Origin: Bacteriovoracaceae bacterium
GTDB taxonomy: Bacteria; Bdellovibrionota; Bacteriovoracia; Bacteriovoracales; Bacteriovoracaceae
DNA length: 34,496 nucleotides
Assembly (NCBI GenBank): GCA_041586955.1
Contig: JBFGZE010000022.1
Span: forward strand, 1 to 34,496
Direction: 5' to 3'
The notes beneath the pieces were generated by a model that had not been told where the DNA came from, did no database searches, and saw only the letters and a list, made by a program, of their open reading frames with translations. The position numbers were made by a program, and so were the translations under genes. How positions within the stretch are numbered: position 1 is the first letter of the stretch; every line of letters starts with the position of its first letter. Positions 1-10,972 of the stretch are shown here, piece by piece.

Positions 1-795
1 GAAGAAGTTTTGGCCAAAATTCCCATTTCATTAAAACATTCAACTGCTAAGTCTGTCTGTGAAGTTGCAGATAAGGCCGGGATCAAGAATCTGATTCTTA
101 CTCATTTTAGCGTCCGTTTTCGCGATACATATAAAGAAAAGCGTAACTCTATTGATGAAATTTATCAGGAGGCCCGTAATTTTTATAAAAAAACATTATT
201 TTTGGCACGAGATTTTGATGAATATGTTTTGGATACCTCGGGCAAGTTAACTTTGGTAAATAAAGAAACTCCTATTTATCATCATGTCGACAGAAAAGTA
301 TCACCACGGCCATTAAGTTTAAAAAATTATGATTTTGATAATGTTAAATTTGCGCTGGAATCAGGGCTTGGGAAATTATCAAAAAATCTAAGAATTTTGG
401 GATTCGATGTTGTCTACTCAAATGACCCCCAGAGAATAAATCATATTATTCAGGTCGCGAGGAAAGAAAATCGCCTTTTTCTAACTCGTAATCGCAAAAT
501 ATTAATGGACTTGAAAAAAAATTATATTGTATTTATTGAGGATACACCCTTGAGTGATCAATTAAAGTTTATTATCAATAATTTCGGCCTTAAAGATAAG
601 GCCAGACCTCTCTCCCGATGTATTGGCTGTAATAAAGTATTACGGCCAGTTTCTAAAAAATCCGTGAAGTATTTAGTTCCACAAAAGGTTTACCTTCTCA
701 ATGAAGTTTTCTCAACATGCACTAATTGCCATAAAATTTATTGGCGCGGCTCCCATTATAATCGCATGCTCAATTTTGTTACCGATTTATGCTAG
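1..795 (+). CDS. rnz: Ribonuclease Z (MBL-fold, C-terminal part; gene starts before the window) fused to a C-terminal Mut7-C RNase domain
   Basis: The frame is open from base 1 (EEVLAKIP...). RNase Z motifs HSTA and LILTHFS-RF and LARDFD are followed in frame by Mut7-C-like LGKLSKNLRILGFD, ARKENRLFLTR, RCxxCN and CxxC-KIYWRGSH. Confidence 0.8.
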   Translation, partial: EEVLAKIPISLKHSTAKSVCEVADKAGIKNLILTHFSVRFRDTYKEKRNSIDEIYQEARNFYKKTLFLARDFDEYVLDTSGKLTLVNKETPIYHHVDRKVSPRPLSLKNYDFDNVKFALESGLGKLSKNLRILGFDVVYSNDPQRINHIIQVARKENRLFLTRNRKILMDLKKNYIVFIEDTPLSDQLKFIINNFGLKDKARPLSRCIGCNKVLRPVSKKSVKYLVPQKVYLLNEVFSTCTNCHKIYWRGSHYNRMLNFVTDLC

Positions 796-828
796 TTGAT
801 CTTTTCTTGCTGAAGAAGAGGATCAATA

Positions 829-1087
829 ATGGAAAAATTAATTCAGCATTTTACCGAAAGAAAACTATTGGTTAACCTAACCATTGTGATGGTTCTCTTT
901 AATAGGAAGTAAACCATCTTGAATATGCAGAAGAGGGGTTTCCGGCCGTCGTCTGAATTAAATCTTTTTGTACCCCTTTTTAGAAAAAGAAGTACGTAAT
1001 GTAGCAGGTGTTTCAAAATTTATTGTCGTCGGTTTGCGGGATGAAAAATTAGTCATATTGGTCGATGGTAGCTTGCTTAAGTGCTGA
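829..1087 (+). pseudogene. Decayed N-terminal relic of an AcrB/CusA-family RND efflux transporter
   Basis: GAGGA RBS, then ATG 829 MEKLIQHFTERKLLVNLTIVMVLF with a stop at 910-912. Out-of-frame fragments follow: LNMQK/EGFPAV (919-950) and LEKEVRNVAGVSKFIVVGLRDEKLVILVD (980-1087), which resemble RND N-terminal segments. Confidence 0.65.
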
Positions 1088-1183
1088 CTTAGATCATTGT
1101 TTCAAGTAATGCTATTCATTTGATTTTAATAGTAAAGGCCTTAAAATAACAGGAAGAAGTAATTATAAAAAAGGAGTTATGCT

Positions 1184-1759
1184 TTGAATAATGGATCACA
1201 CCGTATTGTTTTAACTGGTGGCCCCGGTGGCGGAAAAACCACTGCCTTGGACCTCATTCGTCGAGAATTAGGGGAGCGGGTGGCCGTCGTTCCTGAAACG
1301 GCAACGATTCTTTTTTCAGGTGGTTTCCCTCGAAGGCATGAAAAAGAGGCCTGTGAATTAGCGCAAAAGTCCATTTTCCATGTTCAGCGAAATATGGAGG
1401 ATATTCAACGCTCTCTCTATCCCGATAGAGTTCTTTTATGTGATCGGGGTACAATTGATGGCGCCGCTTATTGGCCGAATGGAGTTGAGGACTTTTTTAC
1501 TTCTCAAAATATGACAATGAAAGAAGAATTTAAACGTTACGATGCCGTTATTTTCTTTGAATCAGCTGCTGTGGGGAATTTTGCCATTGATAATGGCAAC
1601 CCAATTCGTACGGAAAGTAATAAGCAGGCCATAGAGCTGGATACACGATTAAGAGAACTATGGGCGCAACATCCCCATTTTGTTTATGTCCCCCATCAAG
1701 AATCTTTTTTTGCTAAAATCAAAAACGCTGTTGAGGCGATACAAAAAATCCTTGCATAG
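1184..1759 (+). CDS. P-loop ATPase/kinase, AAA_28 (NadR/Ttd14-like) family
   Basis: RIVLTGGPGGGKTT Walker A, VPETA and LLCDRGTIDG motifs. AAGGAG lies 7 nt before the TTG start. Confidence 0.85.
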   Translation: MNNGSHRIVLTGGPGGGKTTALDLIRRELGERVAVVPETATILFSGGFPRRHEKEACELAQKSIFHVQRNMEDIQRSLYPDRVLLCDRGTIDGAAYWPNGVEDFFTSQNMTMKEEFKRYDAVIFFESAAVGNFAIDNGNPIRTESNKQAIELDTRLRELWAQHPHFVYVPHQESFFAKIKNAVEAIQKILA

Positions 1760-1892
1760 CCAGTGGTAAGCTGGTGTCTAAGTTTAAGGAAATTTGATTA
1801 GGAAATGACTTACCATTTTAAATGGAGGACATTATCACTTCCTTATGATAAAAAAGAAAAAAAATTAACATTCACATTTAGCTAAGGATATA

Positions 1893-2480
1893 ATGGCCAT
1901 GACTATTGAAAGCGAACTTATGCAACGTTGTCATTCAAAATGCGAACTCTGCTCTTCAGGTTCAAATCTTTCTGCTTATGAAGTTCCACCGATTACAGAA
2001 AGGTCTGTTGAGAGAAGCGTCATGCTATGTGAATCTTGCCAAAACCAAATCGATAATCCTGAAAGTATGGACACCAATCATTGGCATTGTCTCAATGAAA
2101 GCATGTGGAGTGAATTTCCGGCCGTTCAGGTGATGGCATGGCGTATTCTTAAACGCTTGAACGATCATAGTTGGGCCCAGGACCTTCTCGAACAATTTTA
2201 TATGGAAGAACAGACTCAACAATGGGCCGAAGCGGGACTTCACAATAGTGAAGCTGGAGAGCAAAAAAAGCCGACGTTAGATAGTAATGGCACCCCATTG
2301 CTTGAAGGTGATACGGTAACCTTGATTAAAGACCTCGATGTTAAGGGGGCGAACTTTACGGCCAAGCGAGGAACAGTTGTTCGTAAAATTTCTTTAACTG
2401 ACAATCCGGAGCATATTGAGGGGCGAGTGAATGGTACTCAGATTGTGCTTTTGACTTGCTTCCTTAAAAAGGCGAAATAA
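1893..2480 (+). CDS. PhnA/YjdM-family Zn-ribbon protein
   Basis: N-terminal CELC...CESC; WHCLNESMWSE-PAVQV; C-terminal DSNG-L-EGDTVTLIKDLDVKG PhnA domain. Confidence 0.9.
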   Translation: MAMTIESELMQRCHSKCELCSSGSNLSAYEVPPITERSVERSVMLCESCQNQIDNPESMDTNHWHCLNESMWSEFPAVQVMAWRILKRLNDHSWAQDLLEQFYMEEQTQQWAEAGLHNSEAGEQKKPTLDSNGTPLLEGDTVTLIKDLDVKGANFTAKRGTVVRKISLTDNPEHIEGRVNGTQIVLLTCFLKKAK

Positions 2481-2509
2481 AAGTATTTTTCAGTTACTTA
2501 AATCTCTCC

Positions 2510-2532
2510 TGATAGGTGCCATGCACCTATCA
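2510..2532. terminator. Perfect hairpin after the phnA-like gene (terminator or operator)
   Basis: TGATAGGTGC-CAT-GCACCTATCA, a 10-bp inverted repeat with a weak U-tract. Confidence 0.5.
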
Positions 2533-2593
2533 ATTTAAGGGTGCTATTGCTATATTTTTTAGCAAATCATTGAATTGAACTTCTTTAGCTTAG

Positions 2594-4828
<2,235 letters not shown>

Positions 4829-4844
4829 AAAACTTTACAATCTT

Positions 4845-4889
4845 AAGGCCTTTTCTCTTAACATTTTCTGTAGAGTAGAGGCCTTTTTT
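4845..4889 (+). terminator. Probable intrinsic terminator after icd
   Basis: AAGGCCTTTTCTCT...AGAGTAGAGGCCTT imperfect stem followed by a T-run. Confidence 0.55.
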
Positions 4890-5025
4890 CCTTCCCTCAT
4901 CTCATTTAAAACTAATTAGAATAATAGAAATTTTGTGAAATTTTTGTTTTGATTGGCCTGTTCTCTCAAATAATTTATGGAGACGACCTTTAATTTATAG
5001 AAAACCAACAGAGTATTTATATGGC

Positions 5026-5634
5026 CTAGAGGCAGCGAAGCTTTCCGAGGCGCAAGATATCTTCTGTATAGATCATGAAAGATTCTGTAAATCCTATATT
5101 ACAATTTTTACCGGTATTAATTTGCAGAAAATAATTACTGGCCGTTTTATTGCCAGAGAGCGCTAGCTCAAAAATACGGTCAATTTTAGCGGTAGTTTCT
5201 TTGCAGTTTTTCTTTTCTATTGCTGTTAATAATTGGTTCATCTGAACTGAATTAGATGAATTTTTTTTCCAGAGGCAAATAGCATCATATTTTTTGCATT
5301 TACCCTTGGCGCAAGTAACTTTGATTTCAATAAATGGATTAAAAGGATTGACCTTTTTTAATCCCTCTTTGATAGAGAAGCTATTTTTAACTTTTCGTAA
5401 TTGGTAATGCTTAAAGGCTTGGTCACCTTCAAATAAAATTTTTGTATCTTTATTGATCGTTGATAAAATTTGCAGGTTTGTAATCACATTTTTTGACTTT
5501 CGACCGCAGGCCAGGAGTCTTGTATTGTGGCCGAAATTGATATGATCTAGTTCTTGTGTGCCCGAACCACAAAGTGGATTAGAAAAAGTGGGGTAGCACG
5601 ATATAAACAGAACAATTAATAATAAAGTTTTCAT
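5026..5634 (-). CDS. Hypothetical secreted Cys-containing protein
   Basis: Long ORF. ATG 5634 gives the signal-peptide-like MKTLLLIVLFISCYPTFS. No family recognised. Confidence 0.7.
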   Translation of the reverse strand: MKTLLLIVLFISCYPTFSNPLCGSGTQELDHINFGHNTRLLACGRKSKNVITNLQILSTINKDTKILFEGDQAFKHYQLRKVKNSFSIKEGLKKVNPFNPFIEIKVTCAKGKCKKYDAICLWKKNSSNSVQMNQLLTAIEKKNCKETTAKIDRIFELALSGNKTASNYFLQINTGKNCNIGFTESFMIYTEDILRLGKLRCL

Positions 5635-5779
5635 TGCTAAAATTATCTTAGGAGTGGCCTTCCCCGTCAATCAATTAATCTTTTGATTCTACTTTATTAT
5701 GTTAAATCTATGAGTTGGCATAATATTTAAGTTTTATTAAAGAAAGTTGTCTTTAAAAAATTAGGAATGACCTTATTTT

Positions 5780-6349
5780 CTATGGGTTGGTATAACGAAT
5801 AAGGCCCTTATTTTCATCAATGGCCCAATGATCCTTAGATGAATTATTTTGAGAATTTCCTATGCTTTCTCCAATAAAACCAACTGCCGATGCTGTATAT
5901 GAGTTGCCATCATTTGCTACTCCTGTTGTTGCAAGACTATTATTATTAGTGCTTGCGACAAGATCTGCGGCAGTTGCGATCTGGCCCTTGAAGCCTTTTG
6001 TCGCCTCAATCGCATTCGTGGTAGTGTTATCACAACCACTACCGCCATTATTAACAATATTATTATTGGTAATTGCATTATGGGCCGGAAATCCGGCGGC
6101 ATAAAAACGATCACTTGATATGCTGGGGCCAGCAAATCCGCCCATTTCTAAGCATGTGCCATAAGAGTCATATTGATTCTTTAAATTTTGTTGGGCCGTA
6201 TAAATTGCTGAAAGAATGATCTTTGCTTCAGCGGTCTTGGCCTTATTTTTATAGGCCATATATTTTGGAATACCAACAATCGCTATAATTCCCATTACAG
6301 ATATGGTCATCATAAGTTCAACTAGAGAAAACCCTTTATTCTTCGTCAC
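5780..6349 (-). CDS. Type IV pilin (PilA/PilE-like)
   Basis: Class III signal peptide KG|FSLVELMMTISVMGIIAIVGIP, followed by KAKTAEAK-L-AIYTAQ. GTG 6349 has a GAGGA RBS. Confidence 0.92.
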   Translation of the reverse strand: MTKNKGFSLVELMMTISVMGIIAIVGIPKYMAYKNKAKTAEAKIILSAIYTAQQNLKNQYDSYGTCLEMGGFAGPSISSDRFYAAGFPAHNAITNNNIVNNGGSGCDNTTTNAIEATKGFKGQIATAADLVASTNNNSLATTGVANDGNSYTASAVGFIGESIGNSQNNSSKDHWAIDENKGLIRYTNP

Positions 6350-6843
6350 TTCTTTCCTCAGGCAATTAATCAAATACTTATTATCGCAACATCATTTGAG
6401 TGTACCATTAATTCAAAAGATAAGAAGGCCTTTTCAAGGAATGCTCTCTTTTTTGTATTTGATCAATAGTTTTATAAACCAAATTGGGTGTAGATACTAA
6501 CTCTCTTGTAGTCGTATTTATGGCCCATTTTATTATTAACGCCTGATAATTTGTGGATAAATTTAAAGTGTTCATAACCAAAGGCGATGTCGGGACTAAT
6601 TTTTTTAAATCAAATCCTCTAATGGTCCTTGCATCCCATTCTCTCCCAACGCCATTTTTTTGATATTAATCCCTCATTGCTTTGCAAGGTGAAAGAGGAA
6701 ATAAAGTCTCTTATAACTAACTTGATAATATTCGTAGAATACCTCTGGGCCAAAGATCAATAAATATCTTTTCAATAAATAGAGTACTTTAGTTGAGCTC
6801 TTGATGACATAAACTTCCTTGAAAAATAAACTATAAAAAAATC

Positions 6844-6870
6844 TAAATTACCTCCAGTTAATACCGAAAA
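6844..6870 (+). promoter_or_regulatory. Putative sigma-28 (FliA) promoter
   Basis: TAAA-N15-ACCGAAAA versus consensus TAAA-N15-GCCGATAA, 34 nt upstream of the PilZ gene. Confidence 0.55.
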
Positions 6871-6904
6871 ATAGTTTAAGGAATTATTAAAATGAGAGAC
6901 TTCT

Positions 6905-7612
6905 ATGATAGAGTATACTGAAATCGAAGAATATCAAAAAACTGTTAATCCTTATGAAATTAATGACCTCTTAAAATTTCTCGTTAAAAATAGAGTCGCC
7001 TTTAATGGATGGCAACGATTTGGCGGTGAAAAGAAGGTTGAGTATAAACTTTTTATTGAAGAAATTAACCCCAATGAGCCAGAGATTAGGGTAGTTTTAA
7101 CTCATGAAAGTCCCGAGAAGGACCTTTCAAAATTGTCTAAAAACCATAAACTTTACATCCATACTAATTCACAAAAATATGTATCAGAAGTCGAAATCGT
7201 TCATATTTCTGGAACCAAGGATCAGTTTTTTATTCTGCCTCCCACTCAAATGTTGGTGAAAAAGCATCGTCGAGTTCCTCGCATTCTTTTAAATGGATTA
7301 GATATTAAAGAGCGAGAAGTTTATGTAACTAAGAATAATAAGGTTTATAGCTTTAATCTTCTCGATATATCGAAAACGGGAATAGGACTTAGTATTCCAC
7401 GGCATAAGGCAAAATATTTTAATTATGAAAATGATAATGTTTTTATCACCAAATTATTTGGCCACAAATTACTTGAAACGATTCAGGGTAAAATTGTATA
7501 TTTAAAAGGAGAAGACGACCGGAAAAACTTTCGTGTAGGGGTCCAATTCTTCGATGAAATTGAAATAACAAAGTACGACCTTCCACAAAAACAAATGCAG
7601 CAGACCTTATGA
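6905..7612 (+). CDS. PilZ-domain (c-di-GMP receptor, YcgR-like) protein
   Basis: RRVPR (RxxxR) and DISKTG (DxSxxG) motifs; C-terminal RVGVQF. Confidence 0.85.
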   Translation: MIEYTEIEEYQKTVNPYEINDLLKFLVKNRVAFNGWQRFGGEKKVEYKLFIEEINPNEPEIRVVLTHESPEKDLSKLSKNHKLYIHTNSQKYVSEVEIVHISGTKDQFFILPPTQMLVKKHRRVPRILLNGLDIKEREVYVTKNNKVYSFNLLDISKTGIGLSIPRHKAKYFNYENDNVFITKLFGHKLLETIQGKIVYLKGEDDRKNFRVGVQFFDEIEITKYDLPQKQMQQTL

Positions 7613-7964
7613 GAGAGTTTATTACTAATCAGAGAGACTCTCTCGCTTCTCTTAAAAAAGAAATATCCAGTTCCCCTTTTCTTATTTAATGTACTTAGTG
7701 TCTGATTCTACAATCGTTTTAGGGATTAAAAATTTCGTTGGTATGCTAATGAAACGATTTCATCTTAAAATACTCGTACAGTAGAGGCGCCTTTGTCTTT
7801 TGATTAGCTTTATTCTTTGAAAGGGGCAGTTTGATCAAGACATTTATCGCTGCAGATTCCACGATAAACAAGTTGGTAGGTGTTAATTGATCTTTAGGGT
7901 AGAATACCCGATCGTCACAGGCAAAAACTATTATATTAAGTTTCGGAATAAAATAGGGTAGAGT

Positions 7965-8960
7965 ATGGGGATGAGAAAGGAGTCTCTTTTGCCAAAAATC
8001 GCTATCTTGTTATTATTTTTACTTGGGCAACCCTGTATGGCCAAAAAGTCGGACCATAAAGCTCAGTTTCTCCAATGGAAAAAGTCCTTTATTTCAAAAT
8101 CTATTAAAAAAGGACTCCCTCAAAAATTTCTCGAAAAGCATTTGATGGCCGTTTCATATGATCAGGGAGTTATTGATAAAGATCGTAATCAAATAACTTC
8201 GAACACAAGTATTGATTATGAACAATGGATTCAGAAATGGATGAAATCTAAACCTAGCCGTATTGAACAGGGGAAAAAACTTTTAAGTCTTCATAAAGAC
8301 CTATTAGATAAAATCGAAAAAAAATATCAAGTTGATAAAGAGGTCATTGTCTCTCTCTGGGGCGTAGAAACTTTATATGGCAAAATTACGGGGAACCATT
8401 CAATTATTAAATCACTTACCAGCCTGGCGTTTGATAAACGGCGGCGAAAATTTTTTGAAAGAGAGTTATTTGCGGCCTTGAAAATTATCCATGAAGGTCA
8501 TATTAAGGCCGATCAATTCCTAGGGAGTTGGGCCGGCGCTTTGGGGCAGTGTCAGTTTATGCCAACGAGCTTTATTCAATACGCCCAAGACTTTGATGGC
8601 GATGGGAAAAAGGATATTTGGAATAATCATGCCGATATTTTTGCCTCAATTGCCAATTATTTAAAGAAGGCCCGTTGGAAAAAGGGAAAGATTATTGGAC
8701 AAATGGTTAAAAAAACAGCGGGGAAAAATTTTACTTATAATCAAGTCAGATCTCCCGCCCAGTACAATAAATTGGGGATTCGTCTCTTAAATGGCAACAA
8801 GCTTAAGGGTGAGTGGAAAAGGAGAGCAGTGGCATTGCCTCACAAAAATTCCCCTCTCTTATTACGGGGTAGTAATTATCGTACTATTATGCGTTGGAAT
8901 CGCTCCAGTCTTTTTGCGGCGTTGAATATAATTTTAATCGATGCTTTTCAAGCTCCTTAA
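7965..8960 (+). CDS. Lytic murein transglycosylase (MltB/SLT_2 family)
   Basis: Signal peptide; SLWGVETLYG (catalytic Glu), GSWAGALGQCQFMPTSF, DFDGDGKKDIW and ASIANYL motifs. Confidence 0.93.
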   Translation: MGMRKESLLPKIAILLLFLLGQPCMAKKSDHKAQFLQWKKSFISKSIKKGLPQKFLEKHLMAVSYDQGVIDKDRNQITSNTSIDYEQWIQKWMKSKPSRIEQGKKLLSLHKDLLDKIEKKYQVDKEVIVSLWGVETLYGKITGNHSIIKSLTSLAFDKRRRKFFERELFAALKIIHEGHIKADQFLGSWAGALGQCQFMPTSFIQYAQDFDGDGKKDIWNNHADIFASIANYLKKARWKKGKIIGQMVKKTAGKNFTYNQVRSPAQYNKLGIRLLNGNKLKGEWKRRAVALPHKNSPLLLRGSNYRTIMRWNRSSLFAALNIILIDAFQAP

Positions 8961-9093
8961 TCTCTGAGTATCACCAAAGAATTGGATATTAATTTCGGTA
9001 TACATTTTTTGTAGTTGGTCTTCGCACCTTCTAAGGCATCGAGATAATCTATTAGTAATTCTGGGTAAAGTTAGAAGGTACGTGTTAAAGAGG

Positions 9094-9945
9094 TTAATTT
9101 TTAAGGTTTAAAGACTTTATTCGAACAATATCCTCGCCCAGACAAAAGCTCGTGTTACAAGTGTTTAGTTCACCACAACGACCCCTTTGGGTATAGATAT
9201 AATCTTCATACCCACGAACTAGGATACCCTCAACCTCTAGAGTTTTGCTATTAAAGACCGCTGAGCCAGAGTTTCCGTGGAAGGAATCGACAGTGGCTTT
9301 AAAAAAATGTTTTTTGGGGTTATAATTGACGACTCCATTTGCGGAGTACTTAGTTGGTAGGCCACTTGGATTTCCAATGATGAAGACAGAGTCACCTTTC
9401 TTTATACGGCCAGATTTTCTATAGCGCAGAGGTGAGCGACCAGAAACCGGCCTGTCTAATTGTATGATCGCGTAATCAAGCCCTGATTTATCGAGTACTT
9501 TTTGGGATATAATTCTTTGGCATTGGTAAACAGAATCGGCCTCAATTTTGTTGGTAAAAGACCTTTCTGAATCAAAGCCAAAAACCCATAGATTCTGATC
9601 ACATTCTTTTTGGTTTTTTAGGCAGTGGCCGGCAGTTACGAGCCTATCTGGTGCTATGAGAAAGCCAGAGCAAGATCCTAGTGTTACTTGATCAACAAAT
9701 GATTCATCAGGGCAGATCCCCTGTTGGCGTAAGGTTCTGGTTTCGAATTGATAAAAAGCTTGGTGGTCGGGAGCTTTTGTTAGCTTTTCCTTATTGACCA
9801 TCATAGCGGTAGAGTCTGCCAGTAGAGCGATATGGGGATCTAGCAACTCGCCAATATCTTGCCGGTCGTCTTTACCATAGACCATTTTTTCTGCGCTATA
9901 GGCACCACTATTAAATAAAATTGAGAAAATAATCACTAACTTCAT
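9094..9945 (-). CDS. Secreted trypsin-like serine protease (S1)
   Basis: CSGFLI...VTAGHC (His), DYAII (Asp), GNSGS (Ser); signal peptide. Confidence 0.93.
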   Translation of the reverse strand: MKLVIIFSILFNSGAYSAEKMVYGKDDRQDIGELLDPHIALLADSTAMMVNKEKLTKAPDHQAFYQFETRTLRQQGICPDESFVDQVTLGSCSGFLIAPDRLVTAGHCLKNQKECDQNLWVFGFDSERSFTNKIEADSVYQCQRIISQKVLDKSGLDYAIIQLDRPVSGRSPLRYRKSGRIKKGDSVFIIGNPSGLPTKYSANGVVNYNPKKHFFKATVDSFHGNSGSAVFNSKTLEVEGILVRGYEDYIYTQRGRCGELNTCNTSFCLGEDIVRIKSLNLKN

Positions 9946-10084
9946 TCATTAACTCCAGATGATTTCTTTTCATACCTAGAGACGCACCATTTGAGAATAG
10001 GAAATTAGCATGATATTAACGTGCGCGACGCGCCGTTTTGATAGCATCCTGATTTTAGGTGGGGGTCGATATTCAATAATTAGA

Positions 10085-10549
10085 TTATTGAATATAGTCC
10101 TCTTCCGATTTGGTAAATGACCGTAGAATATCCCTTCTCGTAATAATACCTACCAGCTTCCCATTATCTACGACAGGCAAGCGGTGGATATGTTTTTTAA
10201 TCATGATATTTTCAACATCTGTAATAGAGGCATTGGGTGTGGTGGAATAGGGAGGCTTTGTCATAACATTGTCGAGGAGCTTATGCTTGGACTTGCGAAA
10301 AATTTCTTCGATATCTGTATAATGAAAGGTTTCCCCTAAAAGCTTCGTAAGGGAGACAAGGGCATGGGGAACATCAACTTTTTTGCCCACGAAATCTGAT
10401 TCTGTGATGATACCAACAAGGTGATCCTCTTCATCAACTATTGGGAGGCCGCCAACCCTATTTTCAAGCATTTTATGAGCGGCATCGGAAACCGTTTGGT
10501 TGTATTTGCATGAAATAACATTGGTGGTCATTACTTCTTTCACTAGCAT
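10085..10549 (-). CDS. CBS-domain pair protein
   Basis: VKEVMT, LPIVD-LVGIITESD and LPVVDNGKLVGIITRRD. AAGGAG precedes ATG 10549. Confidence 0.93.
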   Translation of the reverse strand: MLVKEVMTTNVISCKYNQTVSDAAHKMLENRVGGLPIVDEEDHLVGIITESDFVGKKVDVPHALVSLTKLLGETFHYTDIEEIFRKSKHKLLDNVMTKPPYSTTPNASITDVENIMIKKHIHRLPVVDNGKLVGIITRRDILRSFTKSEEDYIQ

Positions 10550-10728
10550 AAAAGCTCCTTTGTCGGTGACTGCCATTCAATGAGAAGGCGGTTATAAGTC
10601 CATAACCTCTTCTTCTTTTATCATATTTTGGAAAAAATTGAGCCGTTTTTCGGTAAAATTAGGTTGGGAAGCGCGCTGTGCGTCGTCGACTCTGTGGTAA
10701 GATCGGCGGGTCTATTTAAGGAGATATT

Positions 10729-10950
10729 ATGCGAGGCGCAATGATAAAAAAAAGAATTTATATTCGAGCAGATTTAATCGAACAATTAAAAAAAGAAATG
10801 GAAAAATCACCAGGAATGAGTTTGACCGGAGTTGTAAATCAAGCGTTAGAGGATTGGTTACAATCGCGAGAAACGATTTCTTTGATTATACCACCAAATA
10901 TCGATGATAAGTCGGAAGGCTTTGGTCCGCAGGCCAAGCACCTCCAATAA
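10729..10950 (+). CDS. Small hypothetical protein, ribbon-helix-helix-like
   Basis: AAGGAG RBS. KKRIYIRADL (strand), a helix, then SLTGVVNQALEDWL, a pattern resembling CopG/RHH. Confidence 0.6.
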   Translation: MRGAMIKKRIYIRADLIEQLKKEMEKSPGMSLTGVVNQALEDWLQSRETISLIIPPNIDDKSEGFGPQAKHLQ

Positions 10951-10972
10951 GAACTCATAAATCGGATATTTT

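Noticed and set aside
1171..1187. ATG-CTT-TGA mini-ORF just after the AAA_28 gene RBS
   Set aside because: The ATG is only 2 nt from the SD. TTG 1184 has normal spacing, so this is likely coincidental.
6498..6820. Minus-strand stretch with coding-like fragments between the pilin and PilZ genes
   Set aside because: Interrupted by stops in all frames, and no family is recognisable, so it cannot be called a pseudogene.
7780..7935. Lysine-riboswitch-like words (GTAGAGGCGC...GAAAGGGG) and a c-di-GMP-I-like CACAGGCAAA upstream of the transglycosylase
   Set aside because: The remaining conserved elements are missing (AGUA loop E, GCCGAA, ACUGUC for lysine; GAAA tetraloop and GACGCAAAG for c-di-GMP-I). 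It looks like a simple hairpin.
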